Shown in pieces: positions 41,589 through 50,924 of a DNA stretch of 57,733 nucleotides. Source of the DNA: Andalucia godoyi And28 (taxonomy: Eukaryota > Protista > Jakobida). How positions within the stretch are numbered: the stretch's first letter is position 1; every line of letters starts with the position of its first letter. A program made the translations under genes and the position numbers. The stretch covers positions 351,965-409,697 of the forward strand of contig VRVR01000010.1 in NCBI GenBank assembly GCA_009859145.1, read 5' to 3'. The notes under the pieces were generated by a model that did no database searches, had not been told where the DNA came from, and saw only the letters and a list, made by a program, of their open reading frames with translations.

Positions 41589-42335
41589 CTACTCAAAGGC
41601 ACGTGAAAAAAAGGCAGCGAGCTCCGTTATAGCTTCCGCTGCTCTTGCTTTTCGAAGATCATCATATGGGCCACGCATAGAAAAGCCGTGCGGCATATCT
41701 GAGTACGATTTGAAAACGCTCTTAGAGTGGTGCTCTGAAGTCTTGAACGCCTCTTCGAAAGGATCCACGGCAGGATCGTTGTTTGCCATCAGAACGAACA
41801 CCGGGCTTGGTACCTTCAGGAGATCCTCTGGGGTGAAGCGAGCAGCATGGACGGCAGCAACAGCGACGAACCGGCCGGTGGCTCCAGCGTGAATTGCCTG
41901 CTGTCCTCCCCAACAGAACCCGGCGATTCCCACCTCGGCCTTGGGCGCCTTGCTCTTGACAAAGTCAACGGTGCTTGAAATCGTGAACTCGACGTTTCCT
42001 GTGTAGGAGCCAACGCGCCCCAGCCACTGAAGCAGCACAGCGAAATCTGCCGGTGGGAAGTTCTCAACGGACCACGCCTCTCCTTTGAAGGCATCCGGAG
42101 CAAGGACGGCAGCATTCAGGGCCGTTGACAATTGGTCGCAGATCTGGTGCAGGCGTTTGCGTGGAAGGCCAAAAATGTCGTACATTACAACAATCGCTCG
42201 CTTTGTGGATGCGTCGAGTCTCCCAGTCAAGTACATGTCGAAATCCAGATTCTCAGGACGAACAATGGAGCCGAGTCCTTCGTATTCTTCTGAAACATCC
42301 AAAGCCTGGCCTTGGAGGCACTGCGGGCACGTCAT
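41589..42335 (-). CDS. Dienelactone hydrolase family protein
   Basis: Nucleophile elbow GFCWGG, catalytic His in PHGF, VVMYDIFG; ATG 42335. Confidence 0.92.
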   Translation of the reverse strand: MTCPQCLQGQALDVSEEYEGLGSIVRPENLDFDMYLTGRLDASTKRAIVVMYDIFGLPRKRLHQICDQLSTALNAAVLAPDAFKGEAWSVENFPPADFAVLLQWLGRVGSYTGNVEFTISSTVDFVKSKAPKAEVGIAGFCWGGQQAIHAGATGRFVAVAAVHAARFTPEDLLKVPSPVFVLMANNDPAVDPFEEAFKTSEHHSKSVFKSYSDMPHGFSMRGPYDDLRKARAAEAITELAAFFSRAFE

Positions 42336-42808
42336 TTGGCACAAAGTACAACAACAACAACGACAGCAGCACACACACAAACAAGAAAAGGGGGTGGGGT
42401 GGGATGGGAAGGACAGAAAGAAAGAAACCAGTAGGGACAAGGCAGCGAGGAGGCACGTTACGCAAACCACCGAGAAGAAGGCGAAGAAACCTGTCGATGT
42501 TTGCAACAACCTCCGCTTTCCGAGGTGAGAGCAGATCTGCGGAACCGGCAGTCGTGCGGGCCGACCGATGAATAATGACACGTCATTGTCATGCATTCGG
42601 AAGTATCCATGAACAGACACGGTCAATACTGGCCGACACTGGCGCGTTTGTTTCACAGGAATTCGTGCTTACGCACGCTCGGCCAGAATTCAGCCGGTGG
42701 CACAGGCTCCGCGTTTTCGACACTCTTTAACGCAGCATCCATAGCCATCTATTCTATCATTCGTTGGTTCCACTTTATTAATTCAAATATGGGCGTGAGT
42801 GCGCTGGG

Positions 42809-43220
42809 ATGACGCATTCGCCTACGCCTACGCCGCTCGATACAGGGCCTCCTAGGTCCCGCAGTCCTCCTAAGAGGCCACGTGTCACTACGCCAACCGC
42901 CTCTTCCTCTCGTATCTCCTCTCCAGGTGCATCAATCGCTGCAACTGAGGACACGAAAGCGCCTGCTGCTAGGGCCGTCAGACTCAAAATGCACCCTTCT
43001 CAGGAACAACGTGTCACACTGAGAAAGTGGCTCACCGATTGATCGAGATTGGGAACGGAGCGCGGAACATTTATCTGAAGAACGCCGTGGGGCGTGTTGC
43101 GCGACTATTCCCCTTCCCGGCACTGCATCGCAGTCGGGTTGCTGCTGGATCGATTGTGTGTGCATCGTCAGCAATGACGATGTATGATCAGACAGACACC
43201 CTCCGAAGTTTTACAAACGT
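42809..43220 (+). mobile_element. Internally deleted Fanzor2/IS607-TnpB-like element remnant; ends approximate
   Basis: RAVRLKMHPSQEQRVTLRKW (N-terminal TnpB/Fanzor motif, 42971-43030) abuts IDRDW-NGARNIYLK (RuvC-III, 43038-43080, with one extra G at 43051-43053). Confidence 0.8.
43085..43220 (+). ncRNA. Candidate Fanzor omegaRNA scaffold
   Basis: Three consecutive stem-loops directly after RuvC-III, including a perfect 8-bp CATCGTCA-GCAA-TGACGATG hairpin with a GNRA loop. Confidence 0.55.
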
Positions 43221-43759
43221 TTAGCAGTTTGCAAGGACAACAGGGTTCGCACTTCCCGCTCTTTTTGCAAGACCAACTCAGCAAGAGTACTAGAGTAGGT
43301 CTGTGGCCATCGCCGGTTTGCACGCATTTGTTTCTCAATGCTCGGAATTGGCGTGAACCAGGTTTTCTAACTGAGTCCGATCTACACAGAGAAAGAAAAC
43401 TCCAAAAATTTCGAACGGAAGAACAAGTGGTGCTCCAATCTGGCCTACCTCTTAATTGCGATTTTCTCAGCGGATGGAGATTTTTGCAGAATTTCTCTCC
43501 TGCGGTGTCCCCTGAATGCACAACAGAATGAGGAAACGAACCGAAACGAAGTGATTGAGGGCACGATAAAAGTGCGATAAACGACTGTCCACAGTAACTC
43601 CGTCCGACTTTGGGATTCTCAGCGAGTGGTGCCGGATGTACAGTAGCGAGGATGTGCGGAAAAAACACGAGGAAGGCTCCCTTATGGTCAGTTCCTTCAG
43701 TTTATAAACATTTTCGTTTTTGGGCTTCTTTCTCTCCATCAGAGCTTTTGGCGAAGAAG

Positions 43760-44335
43760 ATGAGCACAGTCGGGTCGCAGGAAAAGGCACTACCGATCGA
43801 TGATTCTGCGCGACAGAGCGTTGAGGAAATGTTTGCAGAACTTGCAACCCTGACAAACGAAGCGTCCATCGCGCTGAGGAATGAAAGTCCCCTCCGACCA
43901 TCTCCCGTGCAAAGCGTGTCTGCACGGCAATCGCGACCCATGAGTCAAGACTCTGGTCGATTTGGCATGAGTGCTCAGCGAAATGACTCGAAAGAAAAGG
44001 CGTCTCTTTTGGAGCAAAACAGCGAGCAATCACAACGCATCAAAGATTTAGAGAGCGTGATACTGCGAAAAACGTACGAAAACAAAGACTGGGTCATCCG
44101 GTATTTCCGTTCAAAAGTCATCGAGCTGCAGAATCGAAACATGTTTCTTGCGGACAGATGCTCCTTCCTGGAGAAAACAATAATGTCAAGGAGTTCGTCT
44201 GCAGATCACGTCAAAGCGATCTATGATGCAGAACGCATGGTTCGACTGAAAGAACGGGAGATATTCCAAGCCGAGCTGCTGTCGCTCGAGACGTTGTACA
44301 TGGATCTTGTGTCCAAAATCCCACCATCTGGGTGA
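43760..44335 (+). CDS. Hypothetical coiled-coil protein
   Basis: ATG 43760; heptad-rich C-terminal half. Confidence 0.75.
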   Translation: MSTVGSQEKALPIDDSARQSVEEMFAELATLTNEASIALRNESPLRPSPVQSVSARQSRPMSQDSGRFGMSAQRNDSKEKASLLEQNSEQSQRIKDLESVILRKTYENKDWVIRYFRSKVIELQNRNMFLADRCSFLEKTIMSRSSSADHVKAIYDAERMVRLKEREIFQAELLSLETLYMDLVSKIPPSG

Positions 44336-44515
44336 TCGCACCCTCGAATCTTCAGCGAGATCCCTGTTTCCTCGCTTTTCAGAACCGAACAAAAGCAATT
44401 TAAGTCTCCCCTCTTGGAGGGGGAAAAAAAAGGAAAGATCGATATAACGCATCCTTTTTCTTCTTCCTCCCCCCTCCCCCCCTTTTTTTTTTCAAAACAA
44501 TATTCATGTATTTAA

Positions 44516-46117
44516 TTATAGAAATATGTCTGCCATCACAGGAACATGATCGCTTGGTTGACCACTGGATGGCAAAGCAACCTCTTCGAGAATCTCGTCG
44601 ACAACAGGAGGAACCAGAACAGCACTCACTCGAGCACGGTGGTCGCTGAAAAACACATAGTCGAGACAGCCCACAAAATTCTGGGTGTAATTCGTGTACT
44701 CGGGTTCTGCGCCCAGCGCACTGACGTACGCGGACTGCAAATGCAGATTATGCCACAGGTCTCCGATGCGATTCAAGGACCCCGTTGTGTCAATGTCTTT
44801 GATGTGCTCGGGAGCCACAGTTCCGGTGGTAATGTACTCGTAGACTGCGGAATCTGGACTGGAGTTGAAATCTCCACAATAGACTACGGCGGTATCTCCC
44901 TTCTCACCATCTGTAGAAACTCCATTTTCTGCTGCAAACAGTGAGATCGCCTGCGTCAATGCATGCACCTGGAATAGCTTGACGTCATTCAGCTTTGTAT
45001 CGGAGACAACATGCAAATTCGCAACGATAACGTATTTGTTATGCGCTGGTCCTTTTCCAAGGTTGGATATCGCCGAGAACGGCGATTTCGAGGGAGTGAT
45101 GGGGGTGGTGGTGGCACCAGCAGGAGGTCCGTTGAATCTCTTCGGGGACACCCATGCCGGGTAGAAATCCTTTTCAGAAAACGAGGCACTGGAATGCATC
45201 CCTCCTTGCATTGCTGCCGCGGGAGGATTCATGCGAACGGGTGGTTGCTCCGTAAATGGAAGCAGTTCCAGAAGCACAAGCTGTCCGACGTTTTGCTTTC
45301 CAAACCGCACGAGCAGTTCCTTTTCCGCGGCAATGACAGCAATCTGTCGAGCGGATTGAAGAAACTCAACGTCCTTTGTCTTTTTGCAAGCGAACTTTGT
45401 GCCTTTAAAGAAGACCGCACATCCGTCCAGTTGGTTGTCATGAGTCGTATCGGACGACTTTTGCTTATATGATCCCTCATATCCTCGTTTTTGCAACTCC
45501 GGGAGAAAGAATGAGGTGTATTGCAACCGAGGAACCTCCTGCAAGCACACAATGTCGGCATCCAGCCAAAGCAGATGCTCGAGAACAAGAGAACGCCGAA
45601 AGGAAATGTCAAGACACCACGACTTTGCGTACGGATACTGCGTATCTGTGGCGTATGCAGGCGACAGAATGTTGTACGAGGCTACACGGACAGCCAACCC
45701 TGGCATGCTCATCGTGCGATAAAAGGATCTGCTCGACATCAACGCCCGCGGGGCTGGCTTTTGAGGAGACGGAAGCACATTTTCAATGCACGATTCGCAA
45801 GAGGAGTTGGAGCCTTTCAGATGAACGATGACTCTGATGGACGATCCAACGTCTTTTTCAACAGGATAGTATGTCCGACCCACACCAACCACCTCCTTTG
45901 TATGATGCTGCTGGTTATTGCTGCTGCTGTTGTGGTTGCTGATGCTACCGCTATTCGAGGATGAAGTAATGCGGAACCATTTGATGTCGACCAAATCATG
46001 TTTTTCTGTTTCGGGCACCATCCGCCCGTGTGTTGCTTTCACTTCAAACAAGACGTCTACGGATGCACCAACAGCCACTGTGGATGGAACCTTTGCATAC
46101 AAGACGGACACAGCCAT
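44516..46117 (-). CDS. CCR4/PDE12-family EEP deadenylase/phosphodiesterase
   Basis: SYNIL, CLQEV, GDFNS, YTNY...LDY, SDH catalytic motifs; Ig-like N-terminal region (WFR...TYYP...DVG); no LRR. Confidence 0.93.
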   Translation of the reverse strand: MAVSVLYAKVPSTVAVGASVDVLFEVKATHGRMVPETEKHDLVDIKWFRITSSSNSGSISNHNSSSNNQQHHTKEVVGVGRTYYPVEKDVGSSIRVIVHLKGSNSSCESCIENVLPSPQKPAPRALMSSRSFYRTMSMPGLAVRVASYNILSPAYATDTQYPYAKSWCLDISFRRSLVLEHLLWLDADIVCLQEVPRLQYTSFFLPELQKRGYEGSYKQKSSDTTHDNQLDGCAVFFKGTKFACKKTKDVEFLQSARQIAVIAAEKELLVRFGKQNVGQLVLLELLPFTEQPPVRMNPPAAAMQGGMHSSASFSEKDFYPAWVSPKRFNGPPAGATTTPITPSKSPFSAISNLGKGPAHNKYVIVANLHVVSDTKLNDVKLFQVHALTQAISLFAAENGVSTDGEKGDTAVVYCGDFNSSPDSAVYEYITTGTVAPEHIKDIDTTGSLNRIGDLWHNLHLQSAYVSALGAEPEYTNYTQNFVGCLDYVFFSDHRARVSAVLVPPVVDEILEEVALPSSGQPSDHVPVMADIFL

Positions 46118-46128
46118 TTTTCGTATGC

Positions 46129-46183
46129 TTCAGATTCAGATTCAGATTCAGATTCAGATTGAGAGAGAGAGAGAGAGAGAGAG
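46129..46183. repeat. (TTCAGA)n plus (GA)n immediately upstream of the CCR4-like ATG
   Basis: Direct reading. Confidence 0.9.
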
Positions 46184-46289
46184 AAGACGGAAAAGAAAAT
46201 GGAAGAAGGGAGAGAAAACCAAGCGAGTTGAAAATGACGAGGGACAAAAAATAATAAAGAAGAATATAACCACAAGGAAATAGCACCTT

Positions 46290-46322
46290 TGACACCCGTC
46301 ACCGACACCAGCACCAACACCA

Positions 46323-46360
<38 letters not shown>

Positions 46361-46410
46361 AGCTTACACACACACACACACACACACGCACGCACGCACA
46401 CACACACGCC
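46290..46410. repeat. (CACCGA)n and (CA)n microsatellites
   Basis: Direct reading. Confidence 0.85.
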
Positions 46411-46779
46411 CAATCAGACCAAACACGAACAAAACCATGTACACACAACACGTATGTGAGACGAAGCAAGGGGAGAGGAAGAAGACGACCATTTTCCGGA
46501 AACGATACCGACACAAAAAATGTCAGTGTCCTGTCATGGTGTCAGCCAACCCGATCTCGTGGGGCGAGCGGTGGGAGAGTGCAGCGTCTGTAAAAAAAAC
46601 AAAAACAAATAGCACAGGGTCCCTTCCATAAGACCGAGACAGGGAGAGAGAGAGAGAAGCACGTATTGTTGTTTTTCGGTCCCCTCGGGAATTCCGCGTT
46701 TTGTTTTTCCTGTTTTTTCCTTCTCGGTACTCTTTTCCCACCGTTCCGTTTGGCTCATTCGTCGGGTAGCAGAAAGATC

Positions 46780-47850
46780 ATGTCTTTGAACGCGGATACA
46801 GACATCGTGGAAGTCTCCAAGAATAGCGGATCAACCGCAAACAAGTCTATCGGATCGAGCAAGCCTCGCATTCTGCTGATGGGTTTGCGCCGTTCTGGAA
46901 AGTCTTCGATTGTGCGTGTTGTGTTTCAGAAAATGTCGCCGCACGAAACATTGTTTCTGGAGTCGACTTCTCGTATCGTGAGATCAGACATTGCAAACAA
47001 CTCGTTTGTACAGTTCCAGGTCTGGGACTTCCCTGGTCAAATCGATTTCTTCGATGCGTCGTTCGATGCAGATGCGATCTTTGGAGGTTGCGGAGCGCTT
47101 GTGTTTGTGATTGATGCACAAGATCAGATTGGAGATGCCAGAGCAAAGCTCATCACCACAATCCAGAAGGCCCATGCAGTGAATCCCTCTATTGTGTTTG
47201 AGGTTTTCATCCACAAGGTCGACGGTCTTTCGGACGACCACAGAATTGATATTCAGCGCGATATTCAACAGGATGTCTCCTCGGAACTTGCAGACCTGGG
47301 TCTTCAGAATGTGTCCACAAACTTCCATTTGACTTCGATCTATGACCATTCAATTTTTGAGGCGTTTTCCAAGGTGTCGCAGAAACTCATTCCGCAGTTG
47401 CCGACTCTTGAGAACCTGATGGATATGTTTGTGCAGAATTCCCGAATCGAAAAGGCGTTCTTGTTTGATGTCGTGTCGAAAATCTACATTGCAACCGACT
47501 CTGCCCCTGTGGAGACGCTTCGATTCGAACTGTGTTCGGACATGATTGATGTCGTGATTGATATCTCCTGCATTTACTCCCACGTCTCTGCCATCATGGC
47601 AGGAAGTGATGCTGCGGCGACCGACGCGTCTGCCGCCCTCTACGATGAAGGTTCTGCGTCAATCATCCGGTTGAACAACAAGCTTGTCTTGTACCTCCGG
47701 GAGGTTAACCGGTATTTGGCTCTTGTCTGCATCGTCAACGAAGAGCATTTCGAGAAACAAGGGCTGATTGATTACAACTTTGGCTGCTTCCGAGAAGCCA
47801 TTGCAGAGATTTTTGACGAACCTGCTTCCAAGAAGAAGGCGAAGCAGTAG
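46780..47850 (+). CDS. RRAGC: Rag GTPase C/D (Gtr2)
   Basis: [59 protein letters not shown], roadblock C-terminus; ATG 46780. Confidence 0.97.
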   Translation: MSLNADTDIVEVSKNSGSTANKSIGSSKPRILLMGLRRSGKSSIVRVVFQKMSPHETLFLESTSRIVRSDIANNSFVQFQVWDFPGQIDFFDASFDADAIFGGCGALVFVIDAQDQIGDARAKLITTIQKAHAVNPSIVFEVFIHKVDGLSDDHRIDIQRDIQQDVSSELADLGLQNVSTNFHLTSIYDHSIFEAFSKVSQKLIPQLPTLENLMDMFVQNSRIEKAFLFDVVSKIYIATDSAPVETLRFELCSDMIDVVIDISCIYSHVSAIMAGSDAAATDASAALYDEGSASIIRLNNKLVLYLREVNRYLALVCIVNEEHFEKQGLIDYNFGCFREAIAEIFDEPASKKKAKQ

Positions 47851-48279
47851 CTTGTTGTTTCTTCACTTGACCATGCGTGCTGTGCTGTGCTGTGCTGTTG
47901 TTCTGTTGCCGTGTTGTTGTTCGTGTTCTTGGCGTGCACGTGCAATAAAATGATCCATTACATTGCCATCTTCCCATCCACCATTATTGTCGGCTTTTGC
48001 CAGACTCGCCAGCATCGAAGTCGAACCAAAAATACGCAGTAAGTGGAACCCAACATTTTTGCGACGTCCATTATTTAGGCAGCACGAAAAGGAATAACAC
48101 TCCCGCAAAACCTCGACACTTCTCCGAGAACTCGCTTGGTTAGTCAATCGTCAGTCGCCAGGACTCATCATCCTTCGATAGAACCGACCCGACTTTTGTC
48201 GTTTGGAATTAAACTCGCATCGCGCAGTGCTATTGAGAGCATCGGCTCGTTGAAACGAGTATATGTACAATGTCTATAT

Positions 48280-50337
48280 TTATGATGTTTGAGACATCTT
48301 GGCAAGGTACGACTCCAACATATCAGTGTACTTGCTTCCGCCGGGTTGCATAGCAGGAACATCTTCAGAGTCCGAATCGAAGGCGACCCTTTCTCCTGAA
48401 TCGCTCAAATTGGGACGAGCACGGGCCTTTCTGCGCATGGGAGACCGTTTGGACGAGGACTTTGGGGCCTTTTCTTCAATACTGCGTCGAAACGGGTTCA
48501 ATGCGTTGTACGTCTCTGTGCGCTCCCCTGTAAAGAATGGTGCCAATGGTCTGGAGTATTTGACGGGAGTGACTGAATTTTGATCTGAAAGCGCGGGTTC
48601 GGAACAAGAGGGATCTGACAGCACAAATGCATCCGAAGGAGCAGAAGCAGCAACAGAGACAGGGCCGTCCTTGGAAGAAACAAACGGCAGAGGTGGGTCT
48701 TCCGATCGCGGAAGCTCATTATCGGAGGCCGAGGCAGAGGGACGGCTCTTCAACACTTCTGACGATGAACCGGTGGCTGCAGAAGGCATTGACGAGCGTT
48801 TGGTTGCTACGGATCGGTTTGGTGATGCGACCTTGTTTCCCATCAAGTCGCCAGTGCTGGTCGGCGCGTTGGGCGGGTAAGAGTTCGGTGGTCCATTCAG
48901 TGTCTGCGGGGCCGAAGGCTTATCGGAATCCTGCAGTGCTGGTGCATCTTCATCGAATCGGACAAGAGAAGGCCGCGTCTCGGCAATCCGCAGCAGCTCA
49001 TACTCGAAATGAGATCGCAGTGCGTCCTTTTCAGATTTGAATCGCTCATTCAGCAAATACAACTGGTATTCCCGTTCGGCCTCGGCATCCCGTGCGAATC
49101 TTTCGTGTTCCTTCTGCAAAGTAGACCATTTGCTTGACACACGCTGTACTTCCGCATTCAATCGCGAGATCTGCTCCTCGTAATGCTGCTTCAAATCCGC
49201 AATTCTCCGTTCTTCACGTTGTCGCGCATCTCCCAAAGCTTGCTCGTGCTGAGAAGCAACAGACTGCAAATGAGATTCGTATTTCTCCTTTTGCGTTTCA
49301 AGATCGTATACATGGGCGTTCTTCAATTGTGCAATCAACTTCTGATACTCGATGTTTGTTTTCTGGGAAGAAGACAAGCTAGCACGCATCGCATCGACTT
49401 GTTTCTTCAAGTTGTCATTTTCCGCAAGATTGACTGAAGCGGCGGGTGACGTGGCGAGAACAGCGCAGTTGCCACTCCCACTTCCGTTCGCAACTGCGTT
49501 TGTGGAAGACATGATCTGCGATTTCAGTTCACCGATCGTGTGCTCGTACTCGCGCCTCATGTCCAAGTTCTCTTGCTGCATTCGCGACTTTTCGTTCCGC
49601 TCATGTTCCTTGTATCTTGAAAACTCAGTGCGTTCCTCCTGCAGATCCGTCTCAAGCTTCGAAGCCTGTCTGAGAACACGATTCAGCTGCATGCCCGCAT
49701 CGTCCAGCTTGTCTCGCAGCTGCGCGTTTTCGATCGCCAACGCCCTCATCTTTTGCGCTTCGGTGTCCCCTTCTCCCCCTTTCCTGGTCCCGTTCTTGTC
49801 GTTTTCCTTGTGTTTCTTGTCTTTTCTCGGCTCGGGAGTCGCAGAAGCTGCGGAAGAATGTGATCGATCCGGAGACGAACAACTGCTCGAGGAATCGCAA
49901 TTGTCAATCGCAGTGGTGGAAGAATGGTGGTGCTTTGTGGACGCTTTCCCCGAGTTTGAAGATTTCCGCGACAGCCAAAAGTTCTCTTCATCCTTGTACA
50001 GCTTTGACGGGGAATCCCATGATAGAGCATGGGTCACTGTTCGGTCATGCTGAAGAGGCAGAGACGACAATGACAATGACGATGACGTGCCACCGCCGCC
50101 ACCGGGTATTGGAAAAGCTGACACTGATGAAGAGGATTTTGTGCTGGTCGGATTCCAAGAACCAACGCTGAGATGGGAAAGCGACGGATAGGACAGCGCG
50201 AAGGAACTTGGCCGCGGAGGAAGCGTATGTCGTGCTTCTTCCAAACGTTGCTCCAAGACGTTGAGGGTGTCTTGCACGGTTACCACTGCTGGATGGAAAG
50301 AGGACCTTGTCTGTCCCCAGTCATCTCGAACAGACAT
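48280..50337 (-). CDS. Large coiled-coil protein with Ser-rich disordered ends
   Basis: Long ORF with a central heptad region; ATG 50337. Confidence 0.8.
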   Translation of the reverse strand: MSVRDDWGQTRSSFHPAVVTVQDTLNVLEQRLEEARHTLPPRPSSFALSYPSLSHLSVGSWNPTSTKSSSSVSAFPIPGGGGGTSSSLSLSSLPLQHDRTVTHALSWDSPSKLYKDEENFWLSRKSSNSGKASTKHHHSSTTAIDNCDSSSSCSSPDRSHSSAASATPEPRKDKKHKENDKNGTRKGGEGDTEAQKMRALAIENAQLRDKLDDAGMQLNRVLRQASKLETDLQEERTEFSRYKEHERNEKSRMQQENLDMRREYEHTIGELKSQIMSSTNAVANGSGSGNCAVLATSPAASVNLAENDNLKKQVDAMRASLSSSQKTNIEYQKLIAQLKNAHVYDLETQKEKYESHLQSVASQHEQALGDARQREERRIADLKQHYEEQISRLNAEVQRVSSKWSTLQKEHERFARDAEAEREYQLYLLNERFKSEKDALRSHFEYELLRIAETRPSLVRFDEDAPALQDSDKPSAPQTLNGPPNSYPPNAPTSTGDLMGNKVASPNRSVATKRSSMPSAATGSSSEVLKSRPSASASDNELPRSEDPPLPFVSSKDGPVSVAASAPSDAFVLSDPSCSEPALSDQNSVTPVKYSRPLAPFFTGERTETYNALNPFRRSIEEKAPKSSSKRSPMRRKARARPNLSDSGERVAFDSDSEDVPAMQPGGSKYTDMLESYLAKMSQTS

Positions 50338-50924
50338 GTTGCAAAAAAGAATATTAAACAACTGGGTCTATGCTCGTGCTTCGTCAACGTGTCACGACCA
50401 ACAGGAAAGGTCTGCGTCCAATAAGAGAGGATCGAAGAGGCGGATGACCGAGGAAAAAACCTGCCTTGCGAAAGTTTGGGAAACGCCCCGTTATGATAAA
50501 CGGGCGGGGACGGTCTCTCTGCTGTGCAGTACAGCAGATCGCTGTCCTCTTTCTCCAGGAGCCCGTCAGCGATACCCACCGTCGTAGCAGCGGCTTCGGA
50601 GTGTTTCGGAGAAAAGGCCAATCTCCGCTAAGCGACTGTGGGCGGTCATCGGACTCGACTGAATCCCCGGAGAAACCCTCTTCGGCAGTGCCAGTTTCTT
50701 ACTATACGCAGGAGAGTGTGTGTGCTTTGTGGACTTGTGGCGGCGGCTTCGCATTCTCCTTTTTTTCCTCCCTCCCTCCCCCTCCCCTTGCATCCCTCTT
50801 CTTTCGTTTGGATTGTTTTTTCGCCCTTGTCTCTGCCCTTTCCTTTCCCCTCACTGTCCATTCTCGGGTCGCTCATTTCCCAATTCTGCCGAGGCTTTTG
50901 ATTCGAACACTTCGATTTCCGTCG

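Noticed and set aside
42640-43222. Terminal inverted repeats for the Fanzor remnant (CGTTTGT at about 42645 versus ACAAACG 43213-19)
   Set aside because: Only 7 bp match, which chance can explain; the ends cannot be fixed without other copies
43184-43668. ORFs 43184-43531 (+) and 43168-43668 (-) as the continuation of the Fanzor protein
   Set aside because: No RuvC-I/II or zinc-finger motifs in any frame, and they lie downstream of RuvC-III
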